Source: a virus. Taken from it: DNA of 64,000 bases. Every line of letters begins with the position of its first letter. The stretch's first letter is position 1. The notes beneath the pieces are model-generated. The model made no database searches. It was not told the DNA's origin and was given only the letters and a program-made list of their open reading frames with translations. Positions 35,608 to 46,071 of this stretch are shown here, piece by piece. The DNA lies in the IMG/VR virus record IMGVR_UViG_3300037231_000119, positions 64,001 through 128,000 of that record; one strand, given 5' to 3'. The translations under genes and the position numbers were made by a program.

Positions 35608-36405
35608 TTAGCCCATCGAAGCAAAGAAGATATTGGCCGTAGTTAAACTCAAATTGTTCACCGTAAGGGAGTATACTGGACCTGCCATAAAAAATACCGC
35701 TGGTTGAGTCAGGCCATTAACCGTAAAGGGATTCAGGACCATCGCCGTCCCATTGTTATATATCACGGAGATCTGTTGGTCCGATTCCATATAGATGAAG
35801 GAGGCTGGCTGATAGAAACTAACCCCTACAGTCCCAGAAGAGGTGGCAGCCTGGGACATCGTAAGGGTAGGAGCGACACTGGACGCGAATGTGATGGTCG
35901 CATCTCCAGTTCCGCTCACTAAGGTCAAAGTTCCTGAAGAGGTTGGCGCTCCAGTTTGGATGGTAGGGAGGGTTGTACCGGCCACAATGGTGCTTTGGGC
36001 CGTAAAGTTATGTCCATTGTTGGAATAAACGGCTCCAGCGGTAGCATTAGCTGAAGTTACAGTAAATACGGTATTTGGGGATATGGCCGTGACCGTCGTT
36101 CCTACTGGGATACTGCTTCCAACGATTAGATTCCCCACAGCTATGCCCGTTGGAGAGGCCAGGATGGTCATCGTCGTAGTACTACTTACTGAATTGCTAC
36201 CGGCATTCGTGGTTACTGAAAAGGGGTACGGGACGATGTTGGGGGTAGTAATTCCTGGAAGTACTTGAATTTGTTGATCATTTTCCGTATTGAACGGGAT
36301 TCCGTTTATCTCTCTTAGCCATTTGAAGTTGCTCCTAGATGGCGTGGTAGTTGGCAGTAAGTCGTTGTAAGTATTGAGAAATACCTGAATATTGGTCCGC
36401 ATCAT
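35608..36405 (-). CDS. Putative virion protein with nested beta modules
   Basis: Thr/Ser-rich; 62-aa module shared with 23498..24220; late motif at 36425-36433. Confidence 0.6.
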   Translation of the reverse strand: MMRTNIQVFLNTYNDLLPTTTPSRSNFKWLREINGIPFNTENDQQIQVLPGITTPNIVPYPFSVTTNAGSNSVSSTTTMTILASPTGIAVGNLIVGSSIPVGTTVTAISPNTVFTVTSANATAGAVYSNNGHNFTAQSTIVAGTTLPTIQTGAPTSSGTLTLVSGTGDATITFASSVAPTLTMSQAATSSGTVGVSFYQPASFIYMESDQQISVIYNNGTAMVLNPFTVNGLTQPAVFFMAGPVYSLTVNNLSLTTANIFFASMG

Positions 36406-36424
36406 AATAGAAACCCCTTAAAGA

Positions 36425-36433
36425 TAAGATTGG
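36425..36433 (-). promoter_or_regulatory. Putative late promoter CCAATCTTA(T)
   Basis: Exact motif heading the portal operon. Confidence 0.7.
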
Positions 36434-36440
36434 CTTCAGA

Positions 36441-39400
36441 TCAAAACGAAAAATGGAAAGACCCCTTCTTCCCTGTTCCACCTTTAGATACGGGCCCACC
36501 AATAGCCTTAGCTAGCTCTTTTTGCATCATTTCATGCTGTTCCTGGGTGTGTCTTTGCGCTTCAGGGATTGGATTGGGGAGACTAGGATCTATCATTGAA
36601 ATATTGGGTCTTTGGGGTCCACTTACCGGGAACATATTTTGACCTAAATATCTCAAACTATCGCATATGTCGGCAATACCAGGAGTGTCATCTGGGGTGG
36701 AAGTAACCTGTCCCTGACCATCTAGAACAAACCTATGCTTCATTATGGCAGTTCTGACTTTTTTGGTATTTTCTGTCTCTAGTACTTTTAGGAGCCTTTG
36801 TCCAGTTGCAGTCATAATTTTTGATCTAACTGACCCGATACCGCCCATAACATCTTTGGTAAATTTTGGACAAGGACATCCATTTCTCACAAAAGCTTTG
36901 ATATATGCTGGAGCCGAAGTATCTGCGTACCACTTCATAACACTATATTTTTCTTTGAAATTGACAGCTACCGGTATTAAGTCCTGAATTTCTAATTTTG
37001 GACTAGCAAAACAATCGATAATCCAAACCTCTCCACTTGGTAGTTTGGCCATTACTAAAATAACACTATCGTGGGTATGACCCCAGTCAACACCGCAGTA
37101 GATTGGGATGTCCAGAGATTTTAGGATCCCCATAATCGTATGTTCCGCAACATTAGAGGGGGCCGGATTTCCAGTCAAATCCTCAAAAGCTTGTTTTAGA
37201 GAAAGTAGATTACCTTCTTTATATCTATCCACGTATCTGGGGTAGACGAGACCTTCAGAACCAGGGCGCCAGCACATTAACTCAGCAGAGGCAATGTCCG
37301 CATCGTTATCCGCAAATTTTTGGATTACGGACGAGATCGGTTTATAGAAACCACCGGTAGCTGTTTGCGGTTTTTGGGACAATCTGGTTCTACATACCGG
37401 CAAGAGCTTACATCCAACACACCCACCATGGACATTAGTGAGCATGTCGTATTTGGGCTTCTCGACATCGGGGAGTCCATTGAACTCCTCCCCGCTGATT
37501 TGTTTTAGGGGGAGATCTTTTACTACGAAGACATCTTGCTTAGGGAGATCCGGCTTATGTCTAGATGGGGGACAAGCTTCCGTAACGTCTAAAATATTCC
37601 AGGAAAGTATGGTCGAATTGGTCCCTTCGGCCTTATCGATTGCGGCCTGCATGTTACCAAAGTTGTATTTTCTGGTTGAAAGGTATACCTTGATACCGTG
37701 AAACCCTCTACTGAAACCCGCGATGTTCTTTCCCTGCTTGATAGCTGCTGGATCGGCCAAGTCCAATTCGTCCAAAAACAGGAAGTTTGCATGTAGGGAG
37801 TTCATTCCCTTAGGTGTGCAGACCAATATTTTAATAAAAGGGTTTTTACCATCAGGAGTTTTGTATCTGGTAGTTCTCTTGTTTTTAGTCATATTGATCC
37901 AACCGCTGATCTCTAGCAGAGGGGCAATATTGGTCAAGAAATCATCGATATAAGACATAGCGACTAGAGATTGTTCTTCGGTCGCTGCTGCATGGGCAAC
38001 AGTTCTGGAAAAATGCAACATGATTAGAAGCTCTAGAATCGAGACAGAAACGGTATTGTGACTAATGAGCCCATTAGACCAATACGAATGTTCATTCTCT
38101 ACGGTTAGGTCATAAAAATACTGAGGTCCTGGATCTTCTACGGAGAACTTTTTCCACTTATTGAGCAAGATCTTTTCATATCTACGGACTATTTGAATAT
38201 CGTCTTCTGAGACGTATCCATGTTCGTAGTTTTCGTTCATCCAGAGACATAGGCGGTTGAGCTTATCAAAAGTGACACCTTTGTAGTAGGCGGCTTGATC
38301 CGTGCGATCTTTCTTGACCCTCCTATTTTTTATTTTTGCATGTCCGTATCTGTTGCACACATCTAAAAAATCTTTTATGTGAGCGATAGGAAGAGAGTCC
38401 TTGCAGTTGGGAATCTGATTTTTTTTATATCCTTGGGCTTTCTTAGCCTTAAATATGATTCCAAGTTTCTCAAACTTAGCAGACTCCGTTTGACCTATAG
38501 TCAATCTACTAACGAGATGTTTTTGAATCCCATAGAGTTTTTTATTATGACGCACTCTAGACTCTATACCCATTGCTGCCAAGGCGATCTGCATTTGGTC
38601 TAAAAGTGGACCGGCAGTCATTTCGAAAAACGAATCGCCTTTCTTATCCCAGCAACCGTCCGTATCAAATACGCCCGCGATAAAGCCCTTCATGGCATCG
38701 ATATCGGAATAGGCGTAAGAAGGAATTGTCTTTTCCCAAGAATAGGAATTGGTGAGACCCCATTCTCTTATCTGGTCCAAAGCCCTTCTATTGGTTATTG
38801 TATAGCTTAAGTTGGTTCCTCCATAACATATATGGGAATCATGGAGGTGTTTTTCGGCAAAATAGTAAAAAAACTCTTTCGTATGACTGTCTATCGTTGT
38901 AAGTGAGAACCTACAGTATTCGTCCATTAAACTGAGACCGCCGTCACCAACAAGCAGTCCCAAAAAATACCCGATCTCGTATTTTTCTCGATTCTTAACT
39001 ACTGAATCCTTAAATCCAGTATTTACATTAACACAAATAAGGTCCGTCCCAACATTCAAATCTTTTCCGGCTACCCATTGTTCCGTACCATTTCTCAAAC
39101 ACCAGTATCTATGGATAGGAGTTCCGGTGGACTTAAACCCTCCGTCCAATCGGACCTCGAGTGCCGGTTTCATTCCCTCATCAAAAGTCTCCGTAACTTT
39201 TTGCCATGAGAATCCAGTCCATACAATATCTCCCCTTTTAACATCCTCGATCTTTTTAAACCCATCATAGGTCATTATAATTGTTGACTTTTTCGTACAC
39301 TTCATCCCTTCTCTGCACGACATGAGAATGAAATTTGGGGTTACGTCCCCAGTATTATTTTTGGCAGCATTGTAGACCTGCCAGATTGCGTCCAGAGGAG

Positions 39401-39554
39401 ATGAAGTAGATCCTGGATCTGTAATTTCCAGTGGCAGCTCAAGATCCAAAAAACAACGTGCCCAGTCTTTTATTTCCTCTGAAGACTCAAGAGGGGTAAA
39501 AAGAAGTTCGGCAAATTCTTTCTTTTGATCATCTGTTAGGGATTTAAAATCCAT
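36441..39554 (-). CDS. terL: Terminase large subunit with intein
   Basis: Walker A CREGMK|T split by an intein; Walker B LFLDELD; coupling motif YLST; nuclease GVDWG..HDS, DICDSLRY. Confidence 0.9.
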   Translation of the reverse strand: MDFKSLTDDQKKEFAELLFTPLESSEEIKDWARCFLDLELPLEITDPGSTSSPLDAIWQVYNAAKNNTGDVTPNFILMSCREGMKCTKKSTIIMTYDGFKKIEDVKRGDIVWTGFSWQKVTETFDEGMKPALEVRLDGGFKSTGTPIHRYWCLRNGTEQWVAGKDLNVGTDLICVNVNTGFKDSVVKNREKYEIGYFLGLLVGDGGLSLMDEYCRFSLTTIDSHTKEFFYYFAEKHLHDSHICYGGTNLSYTITNRRALDQIREWGLTNSYSWEKTIPSYAYSDIDAMKGFIAGVFDTDGCWDKKGDSFFEMTAGPLLDQMQIALAAMGIESRVRHNKKLYGIQKHLVSRLTIGQTESAKFEKLGIIFKAKKAQGYKKNQIPNCKDSLPIAHIKDFLDVCNRYGHAKIKNRRVKKDRTDQAAYYKGVTFDKLNRLCLWMNENYEHGYVSEDDIQIVRRYEKILLNKWKKFSVEDPGPQYFYDLTVENEHSYWSNGLISHNTVSVSILELLIMLHFSRTVAHAAATEEQSLVAMSYIDDFLTNIAPLLEISGWINMTKNKRTTRYKTPDGKNPFIKILVCTPKGMNSLHANFLFLDELDLADPAAIKQGKNIAGFSRGFHGIKVYLSTRKYNFGNMQAAIDKAEGTNSTILSWNILDVTEACPPSRHKPDLPKQDVFVVKDLPLKQISGEEFNGLPDVEKPKYDMLTNVHGGCVGCKLLPVCRTRLSQKPQTATGGFYKPISSVIQKFADNDADIASAELMCWRPGSEGLVYPRYVDRYKEGNLLSLKQAFEDLTGNPAPSNVAEHTIMGILKSLDIPIYCGVDWGHTHDSVILVMAKLPSGEVWIIDCFASPKLEIQDLIPVAVNFKEKYSVMKWYADTSAPAYIKAFVRNGCPCPKFTKDVMGGIGSVRSKIMTATGQRLLKVLETENTKKVRTAIMKHRFVLDGQGQVTSTPDDTPGIADICDSLRYLGQNMFPVSGPQRPNISMIDPSLPNPIPEAQRHTQEQHEMMQKELAKAIGGPVSKGGTGKKGSFHFSF
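38055..39299 (-). mobile_element. Intein (415 aa) with LAGLIDADG endonuclease in the TerL P-loop
   Basis: Starts CTKKSTII, ends YDLTVENEHSYWSNGLISHN|T; LGLLVGDG and IAGVFDTDG. Confidence 0.92.
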
Positions 39555-39564
39555 ATGGGTGACC

Positions 39565-40173
39565 CTATTCTTGTGAAATTTCTGGAAGCGGAATAATGCG
39601 TGTCGTTAGAATTTCGTAAGAAATACCAATACTTTTAAAGTAATTTGAGACCACGGATTCATCAAATGGGGCTGGCACTATCTCTATAATTTCAGCATAA
39701 CTTTCATGACATTGATAAATATACGTCCAAGTACCGTCCCCGAGCTTAGACCTACCATCTATATATTTAGTAGTTAGATGTTCGTTTGATTTTGGATGAA
39801 GTATGTCTATCGTTCCGCCATTAAAAGGAAGCAGGCTAATATGGCTAATACGATATGTGTAATCTGAAAAATATCCAGTAAAACTAACATTAGGAATCAG
39901 CCTACGCAGGTCGTCTCTTATTCTCTCTCCCGTTTCCTTTAGGTCCATAGTCAATGGAAATCTTATTTTTGAAAAAAGATCCTTTTCCGAAAATTGGAAA
40001 CCTCTATAAATTTCTTCCCTAACCACTGCTGACAATCTTTCATCGTTTAAAATTTTTCTTAATTCCTTATCTATAATCCGCTCACTACAACTGAAGGATA
40101 AGCACTGATCGCTAGAGAATTTTTCCCCCAGTTCCGATAAGGAGATGGATATTTTAAGTTTTAAATCGCGCAT
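39565..40173 (-). CDS. Hypothetical protein
   Basis: 202 aa between the chaperonin and TerL. Confidence 0.6.
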   Translation of the reverse strand: MRDLKLKISISLSELGEKFSSDQCLSFSCSERIIDKELRKILNDERLSAVVREEIYRGFQFSEKDLFSKIRFPLTMDLKETGERIRDDLRRLIPNVSFTGYFSDYTYRISHISLLPFNGGTIDILHPKSNEHLTTKYIDGRSKLGDGTWTYIYQCHESYAEIIEIVPAPFDESVVSNYFKSIGISYEILTTRIIPLPEISQE

Positions 40174-40179
40174 TAAGAT

Positions 40180-41958
40180 TTATTTCCTATTTAGGGCCGG
40201 ATTTTGATAGCTATCCGGATTGTTGCTTACCTTCCGCCACTCCTCATCCAAACTGGCCTCTTTGCGCTCAAATTCAGAATCCCTAGGATGACATACGATT
40301 CCACCCAAGGTTCCAAGAACCCCAGCGATTTCGACAGAATTTCTAAGAGCTTCGGAAACGGCCCTGCAAGCATCAAAAAGTCCCAACTCTTCGGCATTCC
40401 CGAATACTTGATTTTCAATGTCGTAGACTTCATTTGGGTTTTCGATCAGGTAATTCAAAACTTGACTAGAATCTTCCTGATTGTAGCCCGCATTATCCAA
40501 TAATCTATTAAATAGCGCGATCAAGGAGGGCATCAACACCTCCCTAGCAGGGTCTCCCACTTCAAGTTCTTCTGAAATTTTAAGAGCTAGATTCAGCATT
40601 ACACGGCCACCACCTGGCAAGACTCCGTGAGTAATACTGCTTCTGACAGAACAAATTCCGTCTTCAGCTCGATCGCAGCGCTCCTTAACACTTGCAGGGC
40701 TGCACCCAATAACGGTCAACTTGGCGATACCGGATGTAATTTTGGCAACGCGCTCTTCTAGCCAACTAGCCTCGGCCTTAGATTCCGCACGCTTGAGTTG
40801 CTTCCTAAGATCTTCAGCACGGTATTCGATGTTCACTGGGTCAGGATTACCGCTTAGAGTGCTACGGAAACGAGTCGATTCAAAGCTTTCCATACCGGTT
40901 CCAAGATCTTCGATTGTGGCTTCCGAAATCTGATACTTTAGGCCGAAAACTTTCGACCCAGTAAAGGCGGCCAAATCGGCCAACCAGTGAGACTGACCGT
41001 TCATAAACTGAACCATTGGACTTCTGATTGGCACAATCCTTAGAGTATTTTGCTGTTCAAAATTGAAAGATAGGGTATTTATGACAGTTTCTGAAAACCC
41101 ATTAGCTACCAGAACTATACTCTTCAGTTCTTTAGCGGCATTTGGATCTTCTTGAATACGGGACTCGATAGCATTAAAGAGAGGTGCTAGAGAGATAAGG
41201 TCTTGCAGAGTGCCATCATACAAGATAAACTTGGGCTTCTCGAGATAGCACCTCTGATTGCCTTGATCATTAATGAAACTGGGGTGGTACTTCCCTGAAG
41301 ATTCTTCGAGCCCTATTGAAAAAGGGTATCCTTCTATCAGCTCGACAGAATATCCGCCAGGACCAGGAAGCTCCCTGATCGTAACATGGCTAGATTCGCC
41401 GTAGCCTACAGCATCGAAACAGTCCAAAATCGCCTTGGCGAGTTCACTCTCACCGTTAGCGCTAATGGTAGCTACATTGAGAAGTAGGACCTTGGATTCC
41501 TCTGTAACTTTAATACTTTGGGAGTCAATATAAGGTAAAAGACTTTCTTCCACGACCTTTTTGATCCTACGGATAGTCTTCTGGGGTGATTCCTTAGGAT
41601 TTTTATCGCAGAAATCAAAGATATTCTTGATTAATTCATTGGCCAGTACGGCCGTAGTCGTTGTGCCATCTCCAGCTTGCGTTGCGGTCCTGAGAGAACA
41701 GGCTCTGGCCACATCGATAATAGAATGCTTAAATGGATTCTGGCTGGCCATCGCAGAGAAGACTCCGATACCGTCCTTACTGATACGATCGTCCAAGTCT
41801 TGATGATCGCTCTCCAGGAGAACTACCTTGCCTCCGGGCCCCATTGTAGCTCCAACAAGATCACTAATATCCCCCATAGTTTCAAGTACTAAGGCTTGAA
41901 TTTTAGTTTTGTTACTGAGGTAAACTTTCGGGGCAGTTTTGCATTTTCTGTAGGACAC
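40180..41958 (-). CDS. groEL: Phage GroEL-like chaperonin
   Basis: TMGPGG, KDG, AGDGTTTTAVLA, ATISANG, LEERVAK, GVLPGGG, DNAG. Confidence 0.92.
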   Translation of the reverse strand: MSYRKCKTAPKVYLSNKTKIQALVLETMGDISDLVGATMGPGGKVVLLESDHQDLDDRISKDGIGVFSAMASQNPFKHSIIDVARACSLRTATQAGDGTTTTAVLANELIKNIFDFCDKNPKESPQKTIRRIKKVVEESLLPYIDSQSIKVTEESKVLLLNVATISANGESELAKAILDCFDAVGYGESSHVTIRELPGPGGYSVELIEGYPFSIGLEESSGKYHPSFINDQGNQRCYLEKPKFILYDGTLQDLISLAPLFNAIESRIQEDPNAAKELKSIVLVANGFSETVINTLSFNFEQQNTLRIVPIRSPMVQFMNGQSHWLADLAAFTGSKVFGLKYQISEATIEDLGTGMESFESTRFRSTLSGNPDPVNIEYRAEDLRKQLKRAESKAEASWLEERVAKITSGIAKLTVIGCSPASVKERCDRAEDGICSVRSSITHGVLPGGGRVMLNLALKISEELEVGDPAREVLMPSLIALFNRLLDNAGYNQEDSSQVLNYLIENPNEVYDIENQVFGNAEELGLFDACRAVSEALRNSVEIAGVLGTLGGIVCHPRDSEFERKEASLDEEWRKVSNNPDSYQNPALNRK

Positions 41959-41987
41959 GGTTAATCTCCTTGGATATTGTTACCCCT

Positions 41988-41996
41988 TTATATCAT
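41988..41996 (-). promoter_or_regulatory. Extended -10 motif ATGATATAA upstream of the chaperonin
   Basis: Same ATGATATA core at 26811, 46790, 51211, 60440. Confidence 0.5.
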
Positions 41997-41997
41997 A

Positions 41998-42031
41998 GGA
42001 CTTGCCAACATCCCCAATCCATGAGACCGTA
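41998..42031 (+). promoter_or_regulatory. Putative early promoter GGACTTGCCAAC...TGAGACCGTA (copy 1)
   Basis: TTGCCA-N17-GACCGT, ATG 6 nt later; matching copy at 42522. Confidence 0.55.
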
Positions 42032-42036
42032 TCCCT

Positions 42037-42516
42037 ATGAACATCTTCGTCTCCTCATTCAACGCTAAAGAATCCGCTCAAGCCCTAGACGACAAAAGAC
42101 TAATTAAGATGATTTTGGAAACCGCTCAGATTTTATCCACCAATATTAACTTGGCCGGTCTTAGACTTGGTCCCTACAAAACAACCCATCAAAATCACCC
42201 ATGCACAATTTGGGCCAGAGGATCTCACGACAACTATCTTTGGCTAGTAGGTCATTTCGTACATCTGTGCAATGAATACGAGAAAAGATTTCATAGAGTC
42301 CATAAATGTCAGCAGTATACCCAACTATTTTATGATTGTTCTACTGACTTGGCATATCTAAAGGAAGGATTGACAACTTTCCCAAATTGTACTACATTTA
42401 AGGATATTAAGGAAACCACTAGAGCTTATAGACTATATTTGAATGAAAAGTGGAAAAGGGATAAGAGAGTTCCTAAGTGGACCAATTCTAGGGCGCCTGA
42501 ATGGATTGTGGCCTAA
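42037..42516 (+). CDS. Pyrimidine-dimer DNA glycosylase / endonuclease V-like
   Basis: MNIF..A..LDDKRLIKMILETAQILST..YK.TH.NHPC.IW. Confidence 0.85.
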   Translation: MNIFVSSFNAKESAQALDDKRLIKMILETAQILSTNINLAGLRLGPYKTTHQNHPCTIWARGSHDNYLWLVGHFVHLCNEYEKRFHRVHKCQQYTQLFYDCSTDLAYLKEGLTTFPNCTTFKDIKETTRAYRLYLNEKWKRDKRVPKWTNSRAPEWIVA

Positions 42517-42521
42517 AATTG

Positions 42522-42555
42522 GGACTTGCCAACGCTCCCGATATGTGAGACTGTA
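42522..42555 (+). promoter_or_regulatory. Putative early promoter GGACTTGCCAAC...TGAGACTGTA (copy 2)
   Basis: TTGCCA-N17-GACTGT. Confidence 0.55.
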
Positions 42556-42572
42556 ATAAAAAGGACGTATTT

Positions 42573-42734
42573 ATGAAAACCAGGGCTATAACGAATACAG
42601 ACGCCAAAAAGTTTCAAATGGAAGTAGACAGTATATTAAATCAATTTTCTGATTTTTCTAAATTTAAGGTATTTTATTCTACAGAACTTGCGAATGGACA
42701 CATTTTTTATTGCGCCCTGATTATTTGGAATTAA
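42573..42734 (+). CDS. 53-aa hypothetical protein (MKTRAITNTDAKKFQMEVDSILNQF...YCALIIWN)
   Basis: SD AAGGA; hand-translated. Confidence 0.6.
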   Translation: MKTRAITNTDAKKFQMEVDSILNQFSDFSKFKVFYSTELANGHIFYCALIIWN

Positions 42735-42802
42735 TCCCCCCCCGCGTCACCTGCAAAGTGGTGAGGCTGACCCGGCTTGGGGTCTTTTAAGGAAGAGAAG
42801 GT

Positions 42803-43069
42803 ATGAGTCGCTTTGTATTTTTTGAAAATGGGGTGAGAATCGGACCAGTTTTGTCATGGACATATATAGATAGGAGCAAAAATGATCAGCTGGATCAATG
42901 CCAATTCGAGCTTAAGAAATTGCCCAGATTCAACTCTTTAAATACTATCGTATTTGATAATTCTACAGAGTTTGTGCTGGATATAGAGGCCATAAATGGT
43001 AATTTTGTATTGGCTAATATTGTAGCAAAGAATGATATAAGCGCTAAGGTGAATAGGTTCTCTACTTAA
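42803..43069 (+). CDS. Hypothetical protein
   Basis: ORF with purine-rich leader. Confidence 0.55.
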   Translation: MSRFVFFENGVRIGPVLSWTYIDRSKNDQLDQCQFELKKLPRFNSLNTIVFDNSTEFVLDIEAINGNFVLANIVAKNDISAKVNRFST

Positions 43070-43080
43070 GGACAAATCGC

Positions 43081-43452
43081 TTGACAAATGACGCCTTTAT
43101 GGGGCAAGATGGAGAAATGAGATATATCGAAGAATTGATTCTTGTTGTGGAGAAGGCACAAAAAGTTATACTTGTCGAGTGTGAAAAGGAACTATTCTTA
43201 TTTCACTTCAATATTGGCAATATAGCTCTAGTTCTTAAGGCAAAGTCCAGTAGCTGGATGACATACAACGGCCTTAAAAATGAAATAAGTATTATATTAA
43301 AAGAAGAGAACGGTAACACCGTAGAGGACTGGTCATTCTATAAGAATGAGGATTTGGGCGTATGTCTTCAAACATTAATGAAATTACACGAAAAGTCCGA
43401 TAGGAATACTCCCTCTCTAACAGAAATATTAGATCCAGACCAAAATAAATGA
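43081..43452 (+). CDS. Hypothetical protein (start may be 43117)
   Basis: Coupled to the helicase; SD GGAG precedes 43117. Confidence 0.55.
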   Translation: MTNDAFMGQDGEMRYIEELILVVEKAQKVILVECEKELFLFHFNIGNIALVLKAKSSSWMTYNGLKNEISIILKEENGNTVEDWSFYKNEDLGVCLQTLMKLHEKSDRNTPSLTEILDPDQNK

Positions 43453-46028
43453 AACTCACCCTCCTCTCCCCAACACGGGCCTTCCTCTCCAACTACACCC
43501 CAGACGAACTCCACGATCTGAGGAAGGCCCTAACCTATACTAACACCTCAGTAAAACATTTAATCAAACGTCACTACAGTAATGTCTTCTTTAAGAGTAG
43601 GAATTTGGAAGCCTGGACTGAACACCTACAAGGCCTCCAGAAAGATCTCAAGAAAACTTTGGTTTTCGAAGAAGATGGCCAACTCTATATTAGGCCCGGT
43701 TCAATCCCCTATCTTCAAGGTTTCGATCTCGAGATAGAGAATTTGATCCAGTATCCCAAAATTAAGAAGATGGCTTGGTGGAAACCTCTTCCATTTAAGC
43801 TTCACGATTATCAGGAAGAGTCTTGGGCTAAACTCATAGCGGAAAAACATGGAAACATTAGTCTTACTACTGGATGTCACGCTAAAGGAACTCCCATTCT
43901 AATGTATGGGGGCACCCTTAAAAACGTGGAAGATATAGTAGTAGGCGATCAAATAATGGGTCCAGATTCCAAGCCAAGGAACGTCCTTAACCTTTATACG
44001 GGTATTGAGGATATGCTTAAAATTTCCCCTATCAAGGGGGAATCTTTTATTGTTAATAGGTCCCATATTTTATCCCTACAGCGAACTAATAGGGGAAATA
44101 CCTACCTTAGGAAGGATGGAACTAGGGCCAGTCAGGAAAATGGCCCCAACCCTATCCTAAACATATCTGTTAGCGACTACTTAGATCTATCTAAAAATAG
44201 AAAACATGTATATAAACTTTATAGGCCAAATTCAATTAGTTTCTATAGAAAAAATGATTTGAGGATACCGCCCTATATATTAGGCGCTTGGCTTGGAGAC
44301 GGTGCTAGCGCTAATTGCTCCATTACTACTATGGACAAGGAGATACGGCAAGAGTGGTGCCAATACGTAACATCTCTCGGACTGAATATCAGTATAGATG
44401 TGAGGTTGAACAATCGTGCGTGTACGTACAGAGGCAGATTGAAAGATAGAGCGGGATTAGGCAGGGATAGGCCAACTAAAAATCCCTTCCATTTGCTTCT
44501 GGAGAGTTACAGCCTAAAAAACAACAAACATATTCCATTAGAATATCTTACCGCCTCAAGAGAGGACAGACTTCAGGTATTGGCTGGTTTAATTGATACG
44601 GATGGGTATTACTCTCATGGAAGTTTTGAAATTATACAAAAAAATCGAGTTCTGGCTGACAATATCTTATTTTTGGCTAGATCTTTGGGATTCTGTGCCA
44701 CAAAAAGAGATAAAATAAGTCGTGATCAGAATGGAACGGAGGGCCTATATGTAAGAATTTCCATAATAGGAGATTTGTCGTCTGTTCCCACCCGATTACG
44801 TAGAAAACAGGCGGAACCTAGAAAACAAATCAAGGATGTTCTAAGAACGGGATTTAAAGTAGAGCCTATTGGCAGGGGAGAATATTTCGGGTTTGAGCTG
44901 GATGGGGATCATCTATACGTGATGGGAGACTTTACGATCACCCACAACAGTGGTAAGTCTGCGATTATATTGAAGCTTTGTCAGGAGATGGGTCTTAATA
45001 CTTGCATTGTGGCTCCCGGTAAAGGCATCTTTAATGAGCTTATCGAAAAGCTGGAGTTCCATTTTGGTAAGGGAAGGATCGGAGCCTTTGGGGATGGAAA
45101 GAAAAAGTTAAAGCAAATTAATGTTTGTATCGGAGATTCTCTAGCCAATATTAAGATCGATAGCCCAGAATACGAGTTTTTCTCCAATCTGGATGTCCTT
45201 ATTGTAGATGAGTCCCATACTTTTGCTGCTGAATCCCTGGAAACGATCTGCCACGGAGTCTTGGCCAAAATCCCATATAGATTTTTCATGTCGGCAACTC
45301 AATTTCGAAACGACGGAAGTTTACCTCTTCTGCAGTCTATTATTGGTAAGACCGTATGTGAGTTGGGAACCGAGGAAGCTGTCCAGAAGGGTTACATCTG
45401 CCAACACGAGTTCCGCATAGTTTCAGTAGAGTCATCTAATCCAGATTCTGAGGAGTCGGATCCCCTAGCCCAGAAGAGAGCCCATTTTCTAAATAATACC
45501 AATATTGCGAAGTTCATAGCTAAGTTGTCCAATGCTATGGCTGAAACTCATGGAAAACAGACCCTGGTCTTATGTGAGGAATTAAGCCAATTGGCCATGT
45601 TAGTTCCTATGTTGACTGTTCCTTACGCTATAGCCCATTCTGAGAAAAGAGCGGCCAGGTTGGAAGAGCTTGGGTTAAGTAAAGTGGATGTATCGGAATC
45701 TATTGAGAAATTTAACAAAAATGAGGCCAAGGTTCTTATTACTACCAGCTGCTGTCACGTTGGCGTAAATTTATTCCCCACGCACAACACCTTTAATTGG
45801 GTGGGGGGAGCCAGCGTTATTAAGACAAAGCAATCTAGTATTGGCCGTTCAGTCAGACATGGCCATTCTAATCCCTGGGCATCCAAGTGTGTCCCTAAAG
45901 AGAAAGCAATTATCTACGACTTCGATATTACTGGCAATTTCACCATGGAAAGGCATTTGGAGGCTAGGATCGGTTGCTATATGGAATCTGGTCCTGGATT
46001 GATTAAATATATTAGAATTAAGAGTTGA
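43449..46028 (+). CDS. SF2 DNA helicase (UvsW-like) with intein
   Basis: LHDYQ; Walker A TTG|SGKS; IVDESH; MSAT; QSSIGRSVR. Confidence 0.9.
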   Translation: MKLTLLSPTRAFLSNYTPDELHDLRKALTYTNTSVKHLIKRHYSNVFFKSRNLEAWTEHLQGLQKDLKKTLVFEEDGQLYIRPGSIPYLQGFDLEIENLIQYPKIKKMAWWKPLPFKLHDYQEESWAKLIAEKHGNISLTTGCHAKGTPILMYGGTLKNVEDIVVGDQIMGPDSKPRNVLNLYTGIEDMLKISPIKGESFIVNRSHILSLQRTNRGNTYLRKDGTRASQENGPNPILNISVSDYLDLSKNRKHVYKLYRPNSISFYRKNDLRIPPYILGAWLGDGASANCSITTMDKEIRQEWCQYVTSLGLNISIDVRLNNRACTYRGRLKDRAGLGRDRPTKNPFHLLLESYSLKNNKHIPLEYLTASREDRLQVLAGLIDTDGYYSHGSFEIIQKNRVLADNILFLARSLGFCATKRDKISRDQNGTEGLYVRISIIGDLSSVPTRLRRKQAEPRKQIKDVLRTGFKVEPIGRGEYFGFELDGDHLYVMGDFTITHNSGKSAIILKLCQEMGLNTCIVAPGKGIFNELIEKLEFHFGKGRIGAFGDGKKKLKQINVCIGDSLANIKIDSPEYEFFSNLDVLIVDESHTFAAESLETICHGVLAKIPYRFFMSATQFRNDGSLPLLQSIIGKTVCELGTEEAVQKGYICQHEFRIVSVESSNPDSEESDPLAQKRAHFLNNTNIAKFIAKLSNAMAETHGKQTLVLCEELSQLAMLVPMLTVPYAIAHSEKRAARLEELGLSKVDVSESIEKFNKNEAKVLITTSCCHVGVNLFPTHNTFNWVGGASVIKTKQSSIGRSVRHGHSNPWASKCVPKEKAIIYDFDITGNFTMERHLEARIGCYMESGPGLIKYIRIKS
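43875..44948 (+). mobile_element. Intein (358 aa) with LAGLIDADG endonuclease in the helicase P-loop
   Basis: Starts CHAKGTPILM, ends HLYVMGDFTITHN|S; LGAWLGDG and LAGLIDTDG. Confidence 0.93.
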
Positions 46029-46071
46029 CTTCCCTATCATATTACTATATTGTCTTATTTAGGAGATAAAT

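Noticed and set aside
42735-42790. Small GC-rich double hairpin as a possible riboswitch
   Set aside because: Short stems with no recognisable aptamer; could be a weak terminator.
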